Shown here: positions 47,404 through 56,289 of the stretch, piece by piece
Position numbering within the stretch: position 1 is the first letter of the stretch
Layout of the letters: each line of letters opens with the position of its first letter
IMG/VR virus record: IMGVR_UViG_3300047319_001872
Span: 249,316-313,315 of that record
Strand: one strand, 5' to 3'
Length of the DNA stretch: 64,000 nucleotides
Translations under genes and position numbers: made by a program
Notes under the pieces: model-generated
What the model was told of the DNA's origin: nothing
What the model saw: only the letters and a program-made list of their open reading frames with translations
Database searches by the model: none

Positions 47404-48009
47404 TCACTCACTTGTATAGAATCCCGTCCACTGCTTGTGGCTGGGACGTTTACCACTCAAGACTTTGGCCAGATTAGCCTGGTCGAGATTGTGTTGCTTG
47501 CAAAACTCTACTACATTTTTACCACGGTGAACCGTACCATCAGGTGCTCTTAGGACGAATTCCTTTGCAAGCTTGTCAGCCTGCGCGGCGCGACCTTGAT
47601 CGTTTTCCTTCGTACGACCCGTCTTCTTCTGAGCCATCTTCCGGACACGCTCAGAGGTCTCTTTTGTTTGACCAATCATTGCGGCATGGTGTCGATCCAG
47701 CGTGCCGTTCTGAATGGCCTCAAAATGATTCTCTCTGGCAGTAATAAAACGACAGTTACCCGTCGTGTAATTCCCTGCATCGCCGTGGCGAGACAAATGA
47801 AACTGCTCAGCACTACGACCAATCTGATCGGGTTTCGTTAATCCAGCTTGGTTAGCCAGATTGAGATACTCCCTGAAACTCAGATCGCGTCCAATTCCGC
47901 GCTGTTGAGCACTCTGGCGTTGAATCGCGTACTTCTGATACCAGGCTTGCGAATCTGCCTGATCAAACCCCGTTTCAGAACAGATTTTAATTTGCTCTTC
48001 TACACGCAT
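47404..48009 (-). mobile_element. Free-standing HNH-type homing endonuclease-like gene
   Basis: 'HLSRHGDAGNYTTGNCRFITARENH' His-Me finger; G(Q/R)TKE repeats; C-terminal 'NVVEFCKQHNL...L.KVLSGKR.SHK.W' DNA-binding module; AT-richer than neighbours. Confidence 0.75.
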
Positions 48010-48180
48010 CTTAAACTCCAACTTGTTACTGTCTAAGAGGGTGATATATTGCCGAGTTTTATTAGAGCAACATCAAACCTCGCTCATAGGGGGGTCCCCT
48101 AGCCAGTGGGTAAGACTGGCTAGGAGTAAAGACAGCGGTTTAGACTGTCTCTATACCATAGGCATTATCGCAGTAAGAAT

Positions 48181-48816
48181 TTACTTCGCCAATTCTGCCT
48201 GGCGACGCTGCTTGCGTGGCATCGCTTTGTGTTGCTGGAGCTTCTGGGCAGCGAGCTCTGCGTCCGTGTACTGGACGTTGGTGGTGACCCCGATGTAGGG
48301 ACGCTTCAGTGCCACCTTAACTTCGCCGTCGTCTTGACGGTACACCGCGATATTGCCGGTCATGATGCCGTGGTACCACTGGCCGTCGAAGAGTGCCGCG
48401 ATTTCCGGTTGATGATCGAACTCGGCCTTCTCGTGACAGATGAGCAAGTACTTGACCAAGCCCCATTCACAGGTGCGTGCGCTCGCCGGTTGCGGACGGT
48501 GGGCCATGAACTGCCAGAAGTGCTGCTGCTTCAGGTAGTTCATGTAGGCTTCTTGCTGCTGAGCCATCTCGAGCGACTTGGCTTGCTCTTCCGGGGTTTG
48601 TTCCGGATTGGCTGCCAGGCCTTCCAGCGTGATCTGTTCCAGTTCATCGGCGTTCATCACGTCGTCGAGCACCGGCACGCTTTTGCGCGGTTCGGCTTCG
48701 GCTTGTTCCTGCATGGCTTGTTCGACCATGAGACCCTCTTGGATCTCTGCCAGTCGTGCAGCATCTTCTTCCGAGACGGGCAGCACAGCCTCGCTCTCTA
48801 CCTTAACATCCATCAT
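48181..48816 (-). CDS. Hypothetical protein with acidic N-half and basic C-tail
   Basis: TGATG overlap with upstream gene. Confidence 0.6.
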   Translation of the reverse strand: MMDVKVESEAVLPVSEEDAARLAEIQEGLMVEQAMQEQAEAEPRKSVPVLDDVMNADELEQITLEGLAANPEQTPEEQAKSLEMAQQQEAYMNYLKQQHFWQFMAHRPQPASARTCEWGLVKYLLICHEKAEFDHQPEIAALFDGQWYHGIMTGNIAVYRQDDGEVKVALKRPYIGVTTNVQYTDAELAAQKLQQHKAMPRKQRRQAELAK

Positions 48817-49592
48817 CAGTTCCACCGATCGCGTTTTCTGTTCTTGGGCAAGGCGGGCCGCCGGGAGCTTTTCCCAGGGTTATTCACCTCGAATGCGGGC
48901 ATAGCGTGTACAACTTCTGCCAAGCCCAATGGCTCGACGTCACTTCTCATGGGATGCACCATCCCAGTAAGTTTTTCCAGGATGTTGCGCTCACTCATCC
49001 CGCGACCGCGCAGTTCTGACTTCAGTTCATCCTGGGTCGCGACCACGATAATGGGTAGATCTGATTGCCTAAGCAGATGCGTGACGTGATTCCGAATCAG
49101 CATGTGCTCGTCAATATAGAGGATGGGGAGATCCTTTCGATCCAGGCGCCGCAGCATTCCATCTCCATCTGCTTCCACCACGGCCTTGAGAATATCCTTG
49201 ACAATCTTCTCATCCGCGGGATCAAGCGCATGCAAGGGGGTGTCGAGTGCGACCTGGAGATCGGAGACGTCCAGACCCGACCGGTACTCTACCTTAGTCT
49301 CAACTAGGAGCAGGTGCTTTTCCATCCCCTGAACAGGCCGTACACTGTAAGCTTCGATCACAAAAGGCGTCTTGCCTGGCGATTGCATTATGAACGGATC
49401 ACGCCATGCACCCTTCTCGTGAGAACTCAGTCGCATTACAACTTGACCGCCCAGCTCAATGTCGACGTGACTGACAGATTGATCGATCGGCGCACGGAGT
49501 TGTTGCTGGACATGATCAACGATCGCCACAATCCCATCGCCGTATTCCTGTACGATTGAGCGATAGAAGCCAGACTGTTCCGAATCGGTCAT
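48816..49592 (-). CDS. Hypothetical protein with basic/Trp C-tail
   Basis: ATGA overlap; ends KNRKRDRWN. Confidence 0.6.
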   Translation of the reverse strand: MTDSEQSGFYRSIVQEYGDGIVAIVDHVQQQLRAPIDQSVSHVDIELGGQVVMRLSSHEKGAWRDPFIMQSPGKTPFVIEAYSVRPVQGMEKHLLLVETKVEYRSGLDVSDLQVALDTPLHALDPADEKIVKDILKAVVEADGDGMLRRLDRKDLPILYIDEHMLIRNHVTHLLRQSDLPIIVVATQDELKSELRGRGMSERNILEKLTGMVHPMRSDVEPLGLAEVVHAMPAFEVNNPGKSSRRPALPKNRKRDRWN

Positions 49593-49897
49593 TCCCACCA
49601 CCTCCCTTTCTTATAGCGTGAGCCGGACTTCGGTCCATTCCGGCGCTTCTTCTTGCCCCGACGTTCATCGCGCGTCCGATAGTCCTGCATCGGGCCTTGG
49701 TTCATGTTGGTGTACGTTTTGGGTTCCGCAGGAGCGTTCCCATACAGCGACATCGAACTGGTATCTTGCGCAGCAACCGCAGCATTCAGCGCCGCCAGTT
49801 GCATCAGCATGCGAGCCCGGCTGCGAGTACTGCCTGGACTATAGTGAGCGATCGTGCCCACGTTGATGTGGGGCTTGGTGCGTTCGAACTTAGCCAT
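49589..49897 (-). CDS. Small basic protein starting with an EF-Tu-like N-terminal peptide
   Basis: [18 protein letters not shown] vs bacterial EF-Tu [22 protein letters not shown] RBS; abuts upstream stop and overlaps downstream start. Confidence 0.75.
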   Translation of the reverse strand: [102 protein letters not shown]

Positions 49898-50167
49898 CTA
49901 CAACCCCTCGAACCAGGAGACGACCATCGGGATCGCCAACACAAAGAAGAGTGCGACCGCACCGCGCTCGCGCCAATACCACTTGTCGTCTGGATACTGA
50001 TAGACAGTGCGCTTCAGCACGTACTCATCGACACCGTGCGTGACGATGCTTTTCGTGGTGACGGGCACTTGCTGGCCCTGGAAGTAAGCCCGCGTACCCC
50101 AGGCGCTGACGATCCACAACAACGAGTAGACGACGCGAAACACCGACCACCAGTTGATGTTATTCAC
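49898..50167 (-). CDS. Small 2-TM membrane protein
   Basis: GAGGAG RBS before GTG 50167; two hydrophobic segments. Confidence 0.55.
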   Translation of the reverse strand: MNNINWWSVFRVVYSLLWIVSAWGTRAYFQGQQVPVTTKSIVTHGVDEYVLKRTVYQYPDDKWYWRERGAVALFFVLAIPMVVSWFEGL

Positions 50168-50444
50168 TTTTCGTCTCCTCAGGCGCCGTCGCACAGACCT
50201 TACAACACAACCGGCGCTTGTAGCCCAAGAAGTGATGACGGCAATGCAGGCAAATACATTCGTACATGCCGTTTTCATGCGCGAAGTCTTCCGGCCAGTG
50301 ACGCTCCGTGCTTTGCGGATGCTTACGATTGAATCCGGCGATAATGGCGGCGTCCAGTTTATCGCGCTGGGCTTCCAGGCGCTGCACGATCGCTGCCCTG
50401 GCGATCTCGGCAGGTGTGGGGTGGGGCTGGGTCTCGTTGGTCAT
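50160..50444 (-). CDS. Small zinc-ribbon protein
   Basis: CICLHC...CCKVC; ATGA overlap. Confidence 0.6.
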   Translation of the reverse strand: MTNETQPHPTPAEIARAAIVQRLEAQRDKLDAAIIAGFNRKHPQSTERHWPEDFAHENGMYECICLHCRHHFLGYKRRLCCKVCATAPEETKSE

Positions 50445-50665
50445 GCTGCTTCTCGTTCTTGGTATCGTGCTAATGTGGCTTCGGCTTCTTCGAGTGCAGC
50501 GCGCACTTCTGCTAGGCGATTCGCTGCTTCCTCGACAGTCCAGGCTTCACCACCCCGTTGGGCGCTATGCACGATCCGCCCAAACTGATGCTGGATCGCG
50601 CGAGCGCCGCGCTCTTGTTCCTGTCGCCATGACGGCGCCCATGATTTGTTCTGACGCTTGGCCAT
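50441..50665 (-). CDS. Hypothetical coiled-coil protein (74 aa)
   Basis: ORF track; tight packing. Confidence 0.55.
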   Translation of the reverse strand: MAKRQNKSWAPSWRQEQERGARAIQHQFGRIVHSAQRGGEAWTVEEAANRLAEVRAALEEAEATLARYQEREAA

Positions 50666-50671
50666 GCTCGT

Positions 50672-50851
50672 TCACCGATGATTCCACCACTGACGACTAC
50701 GTTGGTTCTTCATGCGCTTAGCCTGTCGCTCTCGGTCTTCTTGACGTTGTTCTGCGGCGGACAATGGCGCTGCCATAAACTCCAGCTCTTCTTCCGTGGG
50801 TGAATTCGGATCTGGCGGAAAGAGTTGGTTGAGAATGCGCTTGACGCTCAT
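50672..50851 (-). CDS. Small protein with basic/WW C-tail
   Basis: AGGAGG RBS; ends RSRQWWNHR. Confidence 0.55.
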   Translation of the reverse strand: MSVKRILNQLFPPDPNSPTEEELEFMAAPLSAAEQRQEDRERQAKRMKNQRSRQWWNHR

Positions 50852-50859
50852 CACGCCTC

Positions 50860-51039
50860 CTAGAACAAATACCACATCAACCAGGCTGCCCCGGAGAGCA
50901 GAATGCCGATCACCAGAAAAGCCGCGGCGGCGATGCTTTGAAACGGCACCCGCTCAGGGGTGGCGAGGCCCAGTGCGGGCAGACCCACGCAAAGGACCGT
51001 CACCCAGATCGGCAACCAGTAAGAGTGAAAGGAGATCAT
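50860..51039 (-). CDS. Small 2-TM membrane protein (59 aa)
   Basis: ATG 51039 overlaps upstream TGA; two hydrophobic helices. Confidence 0.55.
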   Translation of the reverse strand: MISFHSYWLPIWVTVLCVGLPALGLATPERVPFQSIAAAAFLVIGILLSGAAWLMWYLF

Positions 51040-51392
51040 GTCGTGGTAAGGATGCTGGGGAGCTTCAAGATGATGTTCTCGAGTGCCGTGGGGACACCGC
51101 GATCGCGCGCCGAGCCGCGCGACATGGCAAACGAGAAATAGGTACGGATCTTCGCGACCAGTTCCGTATCGGCAACATCGCACGTGTAGATGCTGGTGTT
51201 CGCATTCGGCGTGCCTTGAAACGAATCGATCAGCAGCGCGCAGGCGCGCGACATGTAGGGTTCGGCACTGATGTCTTTCTCATCGAAGACCTCCGGGTGC
51301 TGACGAATGAAACTGGTCCAGCCACGGATAATCCCAACACTGGCGATGAGGTTATCCGGCTCCACGGTTTCCCGTGTTTGATCGAAATTCAT
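51036..51392 (-). CDS. Hypothetical protein
   Basis: GGAG RBS; ATGA overlap at 51389-51392. Confidence 0.55.
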   Translation of the reverse strand: MNFDQTRETVEPDNLIASVGIIRGWTSFIRQHPEVFDEKDISAEPYMSRACALLIDSFQGTPNANTSIYTCDVADTELVAKIRTYFSFAMSRGSARDRGVPTALENIILKLPSILTTT

Positions 51393-51640
51393 TTGCGTTT
51401 TCTCCGGCGTTCTTTCTTGGGGGTATTCCACCACTCGCGCTGACGACTATACTGGGTGTCAAAGATGTTGCTCTTCGGCACCGGTTCGGTCTCAGCGCAG
51501 ACGTAGCTGCTATTGGCCAACACTTCGATAATGGCTTTCGTGACGGTGGCGCTGGTACCATGCGAGACCATCAGAATCCGCTGCTGGCTTGTCGCCGCAT
51601 GAATCGCCCGCAAGTCATCATCGTCGACAATGGCGGTCAT
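51389..51640 (-). CDS. Small protein with WW/basic C-tail
   Basis: AAGGA RBS; ends RQREWWNTPKKERRRKRK. Confidence 0.6.
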   Translation of the reverse strand: MTAIVDDDDLRAIHAATSQQRILMVSHGTSATVTKAIIEVLANSSYVCAETEPVPKSNIFDTQYSRQREWWNTPKKERRRKRK

Positions 51641-51813
51641 GAAACTATTCCTTCAAAGACCCAGCGGCGCAAAGCCACTTGGGCAGCAATCTGGCGATCC
51701 AGTGCGCCGCGCCGATACCCGCTCATCGTCTGCGAATTGCCACTGGCGTTGGTATTACGAATCCTGACACGATTCTTTATCGTCGTGCGTTTGACTACAT
51801 TCACCCCGAACAT
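51637..51813 (-). CDS. Possible 58-aa basic protein, not in the ORF track
   Basis: Hand translation MFGVNVVKRTT...RRWVFEGIVS*; GAGG upstream; ATGA overlap with 51640. Confidence 0.4.
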   Translation of the reverse strand: MFGVNVVKRTTIKNRVRIRNTNASGNSQTMSGYRRGALDRQIAAQVALRRWVFEGIVS

Positions 51814-51859
51814 CTGCTGGCCTCATCGTATGCTTATCTGACTAATATAGGACGTTTCT

Positions 51860-52996
51860 ATGCACGGCCTTTTTAATTTGTTGCCTGGTGTCAATCTGCC
51901 CACCATGTATGCAGCAAATTGGCATTACGCCAAAGAGGGACTCAAACACAACCTCAAAAAGGTCGTGGAGTTCTATCACTCGCATTCCATGGCAGTCGAA
52001 TCGGAGCACTTCCTGATTCGTTTGCTGCAATCCATCAGCACACCTAAAGCCCTGAGCCTCGATCGTTACTACGCAATCGTGGACGCACTGTCATTGAATC
52101 TTGGCATGGCGTTAAAAATGACTTCGTCGATTTCCAAGGGTCACGTGTTTTCCGGGGTGTTCTATGGGCCAGGTTGCACCGAAGTCTTGATTGCAGAAAA
52201 TGCTGAGTTCGATCCCGTCGACGCCACCCGTAACTGGGAGCACGTACAGGCTATCCGGGTGTTGCGGCATCCGCGCAGTGATTTGATGCTCAATCTCCCC
52301 GATGGTAAGAAGACCGGTTCGGAAGAAGGCATCGCTGTGATCGCGATCAATATCCCGATGCTGGCGGTTCAATACCGGGCGTTTCGCCTACAGGAAGATG
52401 CCTATACGGTGCGCACTGGAGAGCCCGGTCGCACTATCCAGCAGTTTGTCCACATGCACGTGTTGCCCAATATGCTCTACACGCATCTGGACTATGTGAT
52501 CCTGAACCGGATCTGGAATCTGCTGCATGGTGCCCCGATGGGCGAAGGTAAACCCCATTCCTTCTACATCACGGACTTTAGCCAGAAGCTCAATGCCGTG
52601 CACACCACCATCCTCACGAATCTGCAAGCAGTGGGCCAGGACTTTACGGGGGTGCTGCGCAGTATTCCGTGCGTGAGCAAAGACAATCTGGATGAGGCCC
52701 TGGCGATTCCGGAGATGGCCCCCACCCGGCAAGTGGAATGGGCCTTGGCTTTGTCGCGCTTCCCGGCGCTGGATGTGATGGTGGATCTCACCGAAGGCGG
52801 TAACCAGGGCGGTGCCAATATCCGCAACCAGCAACAGTTAAACATCCTGATGCAGGCCGTGCGTCAGTATCGCTCAGGCGCTTACTTCTCAAGTGTACTG
52901 ACGGGCGATGTGTTGTACGACGTCAATACGGAAATCGATGAGCTGGTCGAGAAGATTCGCCAACGCAGCGGTACCGTACAAGCTACGCCGACTTAA
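51860..52996 (+). CDS. Conserved core protein (phiKZ gp52-like), probable virion/late protein
   Basis: 378 aa; opposite strand between chimallin and DNA polymerase blocks, as recalled for phiKZ-like phages. Confidence 0.6.
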   Translation: MHGLFNLLPGVNLPTMYAANWHYAKEGLKHNLKKVVEFYHSHSMAVESEHFLIRLLQSISTPKALSLDRYYAIVDALSLNLGMALKMTSSISKGHVFSGVFYGPGCTEVLIAENAEFDPVDATRNWEHVQAIRVLRHPRSDLMLNLPDGKKTGSEEGIAVIAINIPMLAVQYRAFRLQEDAYTVRTGEPGRTIQQFVHMHVLPNMLYTHLDYVILNRIWNLLHGAPMGEGKPHSFYITDFSQKLNAVHTTILTNLQAVGQDFTGVLRSIPCVSKDNLDEALAIPEMAPTRQVEWALALSRFPALDVMVDLTEGGNQGGANIRNQQQLNILMQAVRQYRSGAYFSSVLTGDVLYDVNTEIDELVEKIRQRSGTVQATPT

Positions 52997-53043
52997 GGGC
53001 ATAAAAGCCACAGGAGCCAGGGGTACCCCTGGCTCCTATGACG
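52997..53043. terminator. Hairpin between convergent genes, flanked by GGGCATA / TATGACG
   Basis: aggagccagggg-ta-cccctggctcct. Confidence 0.75.
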
Positions 53044-53052
53044 TCGCTGCCG

Positions 53053-53334
53053 TTACTTGGTACAACGAGTAATGACCCCGCGCTTCTTGCGCTCTTGAAC
53101 TGCCAAACGCAAGATGTCCACGCCCACAATCTTCTTGCAATACAGCTGCTGTCCCGAGTAAGTGGCAGCGATAAAACCATCATCGCCTGCGTAAACGATT
53201 TTTGATAGATACCCGTCGCGTACCAGGGTGTTCACGGCGAGTTTGTCCTCGACATCGTCTTTATGCAAAGGACCTTCCTCGACCATTTTCACCATGATCG
53301 CGATGTGACTGGTCTCCAACTGTGTTGCGGACAT
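53053..53334 (-). CDS. Small protein, possibly winged-helix-like (start uncertain)
   Basis: ORF track; 'AVNTLVRDGYLSK...ATYSG'. Confidence 0.5.
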   Translation of the reverse strand: MSATQLETSHIAIMVKMVEEGPLHKDDVEDKLAVNTLVRDGYLSKIVYAGDDGFIAATYSGQQLYCKKIVGVDILRLAVQERKKRGVITRCTK

Positions 53335-53592
53335 TATAACCCCAAAAGTAGCGTATTGTTTCCTTTTCTCGAGTGGCCCGAAACCCCACTCATAACGATG
53401 CACTATTTAACGGCATATGGGGTCGATCACCCACCTCGCCCGGTACAGGACGCGGTCGGTGATCTTTTGCACCCCTCTCCAATTAACAGTGAGAGAGGTG
53501 CTCGCCCAGACAGCTAGATAGGGTAAGGGTGCACCAAGTGAATCAGGTAAGCCGACGTGAATGTCCTGCTTTCTGCTTACCTGGGTCGAGTC

Positions 53593-55722
53593 TTAGTGCG
53601 AGTCTGACACGAGGCGTGTCAATTTGTCGTTCGAGAGATAAATCCCGAGCGTTTCGAGGATAATGTAAAATACGCGCGTAGCATCCGCGACGATCTTACG
53701 CACCCCAGCCACCTGGAGGATTTCAGTCGGAATCCCTTTAGTCTGGAGATTCTGTTCCGGCAATTGCACCGAGCCCACATAGCGCTTACCCATTCGCTTC
53801 ATGTACGCTTCCATGCGACCTGCCAGTTCCCGATCCTCGAGCGACTCTAACCACTCACGGGTCTTAGTCGGTGTGTCCAGCTCAGTGGCAATCTTGACAC
53901 AGGTGTACGGTACAGGGGGGGCGATACCGTACTTGGGACCAAACACCTCATTCCACATCACGTACTGCTGATACGGCGATTCATCCGCCGACTTCGCATA
54001 CGAATCGGGCGTTTTAATCTGACCCATCCGGAAAAACTGATAGCCGCCTTCGCCGATCGCCGTAAAGATCTGGCGCTCGATGTCAGCAATCGTCTTCAGG
54101 ATGTCGTGGATCTTGATCTTCTCACCCTTCAGGACCGAGTTCATGATAAAGAGCATCATCTTCTCGGCTTCCTTAATTACGAAGCGCGGGGCGTTCGACG
54201 CCTTCAAGTGCACACCCTTGATTTCCTTCTTGTACTCCTTGAAGAGGTTGCCTTCCTGGCAGCCAATCAAGGCGAAGTAGTGCTTGGCCACTTGGGTCGC
54301 GACAAACACATCGAACTTGAATTCGTTCTTCATGGCGACTTTGTGGATGTACTTCTCCACAATGCCAAAGTTCGCACTCATGCGCGCCAAGACGTGAATG
54401 ATGGTCTGCGCAGCGAGGTACACCATCGACGCTGCCACCGCATTACACTTCTCGTCAAAACCGAGCCAGCCCTGATGCCAGAGCACCCAATCTTGCACGG
54501 TAAAGATGGTCGAGTCCGTATCCGACGTAATCGCCGAACGACGAATCGAGTCGGGGAAGAACGCGAGCGAGGCCGGTACATTGGTCGTCACCCAGAAGGC
54601 CGCGATCAGGTCCCGATATTCTTCACCCACATCGCCGATGTTCTTGGCCGTCGAGGCCAGGATACCGCGCGCTTCGCCGACGATTTCATGCATCTGCAAG
54701 CCCTTGGTGTAGCGCTCACAGATTTGGGCTGCCAGGTGCACGTGTTCTTCTTGCACCGTCTTCAAGATGCTGTCCGGCTCCGGATGCGGCACTTCCACCA
54801 GCATCGACAGCTTGCTGATGAACTTACGCACCACCTCGTCATTAAAACGCATCAGGTGGTACAAGTCACCCGTGTAGACAAAGGCGGAACGCTGCTCGGG
54901 CGAGAGCGTCTTCACCAGGTCATACACCTTTTTCATCTTGAACTTGTCGCGCACATAGAAGTTCGTCGAGTACATGATGCATTCCATCGTCTCATCGACC
55001 GACGGATGACGAATGCCAAACTTCTGCATCGCCGCAGCTTGCGCTGCATAGTCCGTGTGGTTGATAATCGAGATGATATTCTGCATGCAGATCTCGATCG
55101 ACCAGTAATGGCGATTGCCCGAGAGGAACTTCTCGTTATTCGCATTACCAAAGCCCGAGGTCGAGCGACAGTTCGAGGTGAGCGTCGAGTGAGCGGTCTT
55201 ATTGTACAGCGGGGTCGAAGGACTGACGTGCGCACCCGAGATCGAGTTATTCGCCAGCTTCTTATTGGTCTGCTCATTGTCCTTGATCTGCATCAGGACG
55301 ATGTCGCCTTCCATTTCCGCCTTGAACTTTGCCTTCTTTGCCACCCCCCGTGCTTTCACGTTGCCCTCGATGTAGTCGACGAGCGGTGACTGCTTCTGGT
55401 CCGGATGCAAATACGTGGTGAGCGTCGGCGCAATCAGTTCTTTGTTACGGATCGAATCATTCAGGTAGGCCTGCAGCGTGCCTTCCATCTGGACCCGGTC
55501 ACCGTTGTCCTGACGCTCGAGGTAGACGATCTTCGGGTCCTTGAATTCAAACTGTCCGCCGGGACGCATCTCCGTTTTCACAAAGGTCGTGCAGTCCTCG
55601 ATCGGTGCCCCCGTCATTTGATGCAAATAGGTCGCGCAGTCCTGGACATAATAGCCGAGGACGTTTAGATCGCGCTTGTACTGGGAAGGCGCCAGTACAA
55701 ATGGGTTGTTCGCTTCTGACAC
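53593..55722 (-). CDS. Family B DNA polymerase catalytic subunit (phiKZ gp50-like)
   Basis: Motif B 'Q..KKLANNSISG', motif C 'SDTDST', 'KHY', 'IKGVHLK'; AAGGAG RBS with GTG start. Confidence 0.88.
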   Translation of the reverse strand: MSEANNPFVLAPSQYKRDLNVLGYYVQDCATYLHQMTGAPIEDCTTFVKTEMRPGGQFEFKDPKIVYLERQDNGDRVQMEGTLQAYLNDSIRNKELIAPTLTTYLHPDQKQSPLVDYIEGNVKARGVAKKAKFKAEMEGDIVLMQIKDNEQTNKKLANNSISGAHVSPSTPLYNKTAHSTLTSNCRSTSGFGNANNEKFLSGNRHYWSIEICMQNIISIINHTDYAAQAAAMQKFGIRHPSVDETMECIMYSTNFYVRDKFKMKKVYDLVKTLSPEQRSAFVYTGDLYHLMRFNDEVVRKFISKLSMLVEVPHPEPDSILKTVQEEHVHLAAQICERYTKGLQMHEIVGEARGILASTAKNIGDVGEEYRDLIAAFWVTTNVPASLAFFPDSIRRSAITSDTDSTIFTVQDWVLWHQGWLGFDEKCNAVAASMVYLAAQTIIHVLARMSANFGIVEKYIHKVAMKNEFKFDVFVATQVAKHYFALIGCQEGNLFKEYKKEIKGVHLKASNAPRFVIKEAEKMMLFIMNSVLKGEKIKIHDILKTIADIERQIFTAIGEGGYQFFRMGQIKTPDSYAKSADESPYQQYVMWNEVFGPKYGIAPPVPYTCVKIATELDTPTKTREWLESLEDRELAGRMEAYMKRMGKRYVGSVQLPEQNLQTKGIPTEILQVAGVRKIVADATRVFYIILETLGIYLSNDKLTRLVSDSH

Positions 55723-55778
55723 TTTGTTTTACTCCTTGTCGACCTACATGATCAAGGAGCCCAATAAAAACGAATCAG

Positions 55779-55830
55779 CGGCATAAAAAGGAAAAAAGGG
55801 CGAGGAGCGGTTTCGGGCCGCCACCTCGCC
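55779..55830 (-). terminator. Hairpin, U-tract and TATGCCG
   Basis: ggcgagg...cctcgcc inverted repeat; A-tract and cggcata on +. Confidence 0.65.
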
Positions 55831-55959
55831 TAAATACAGGTCGTTACAAGTACCGAAAAGGAAAACCAGTCACTGAACATGCCCGATCAATTCGGAGCCA
55901 CAGAGACTCTACTACCACTACCACTTCAACCAAAATCGAGATAGACAGGGGCCAGCTTA

Positions 55960-56260
55960 CTCTTAATCCACGCGATCGACCAACTTCCACAGGAGACTCC
56001 TATATTCGCCAAAGAGCGCTTGCGGAGGCGCAGAGCAGCGATAGGAGTAGGATCGATGTACGAGGAAACGCTGGTGCCAGGGGAAACAAGGAGGAAACCC
56101 CAGCAGCGTGAATAAGCCAGCCCCGCGTCTAGGCATACGGCGCGGTAGCCCGCGGGAGGGCTCGCGCGAGAGTCCTTATCGGCACCAGTCAGGAGGAGGT
56201 CTGCTGTCGATGAGGGTACAGGCTTGCCGGGCCTTTCTCTTCAGAACATTACGGATGGGC
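55960..56260 (+). ncRNA. Candidate structured non-coding RNA with GGA-rich loops
   Basis: Five or more hairpins in an ORF-free gap; wobble pairs are G-U on the + strand. Confidence 0.45.
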
Positions 56261-56289
56261 GATATAAATTAACTAGGGTAAACCCACGT

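Noticed and set aside
49589-49897. Calling this gene tuf or a tuf pseudogene
   Set aside because: Similarity stops at the P-loop; the rest is unrelated, and the ORF is intact and coupled to its neighbours
55830-56285. RNase P, tmRNA or tRNA identity for this intergenic RNA candidate (also considered for 60310-60925)
   Set aside because: No GAGGAAAGUCC-type RNase P core, no tRNA T-loop/CCA arrangement and no tag ORF recognised by eye; needs Infernal to exclude formally
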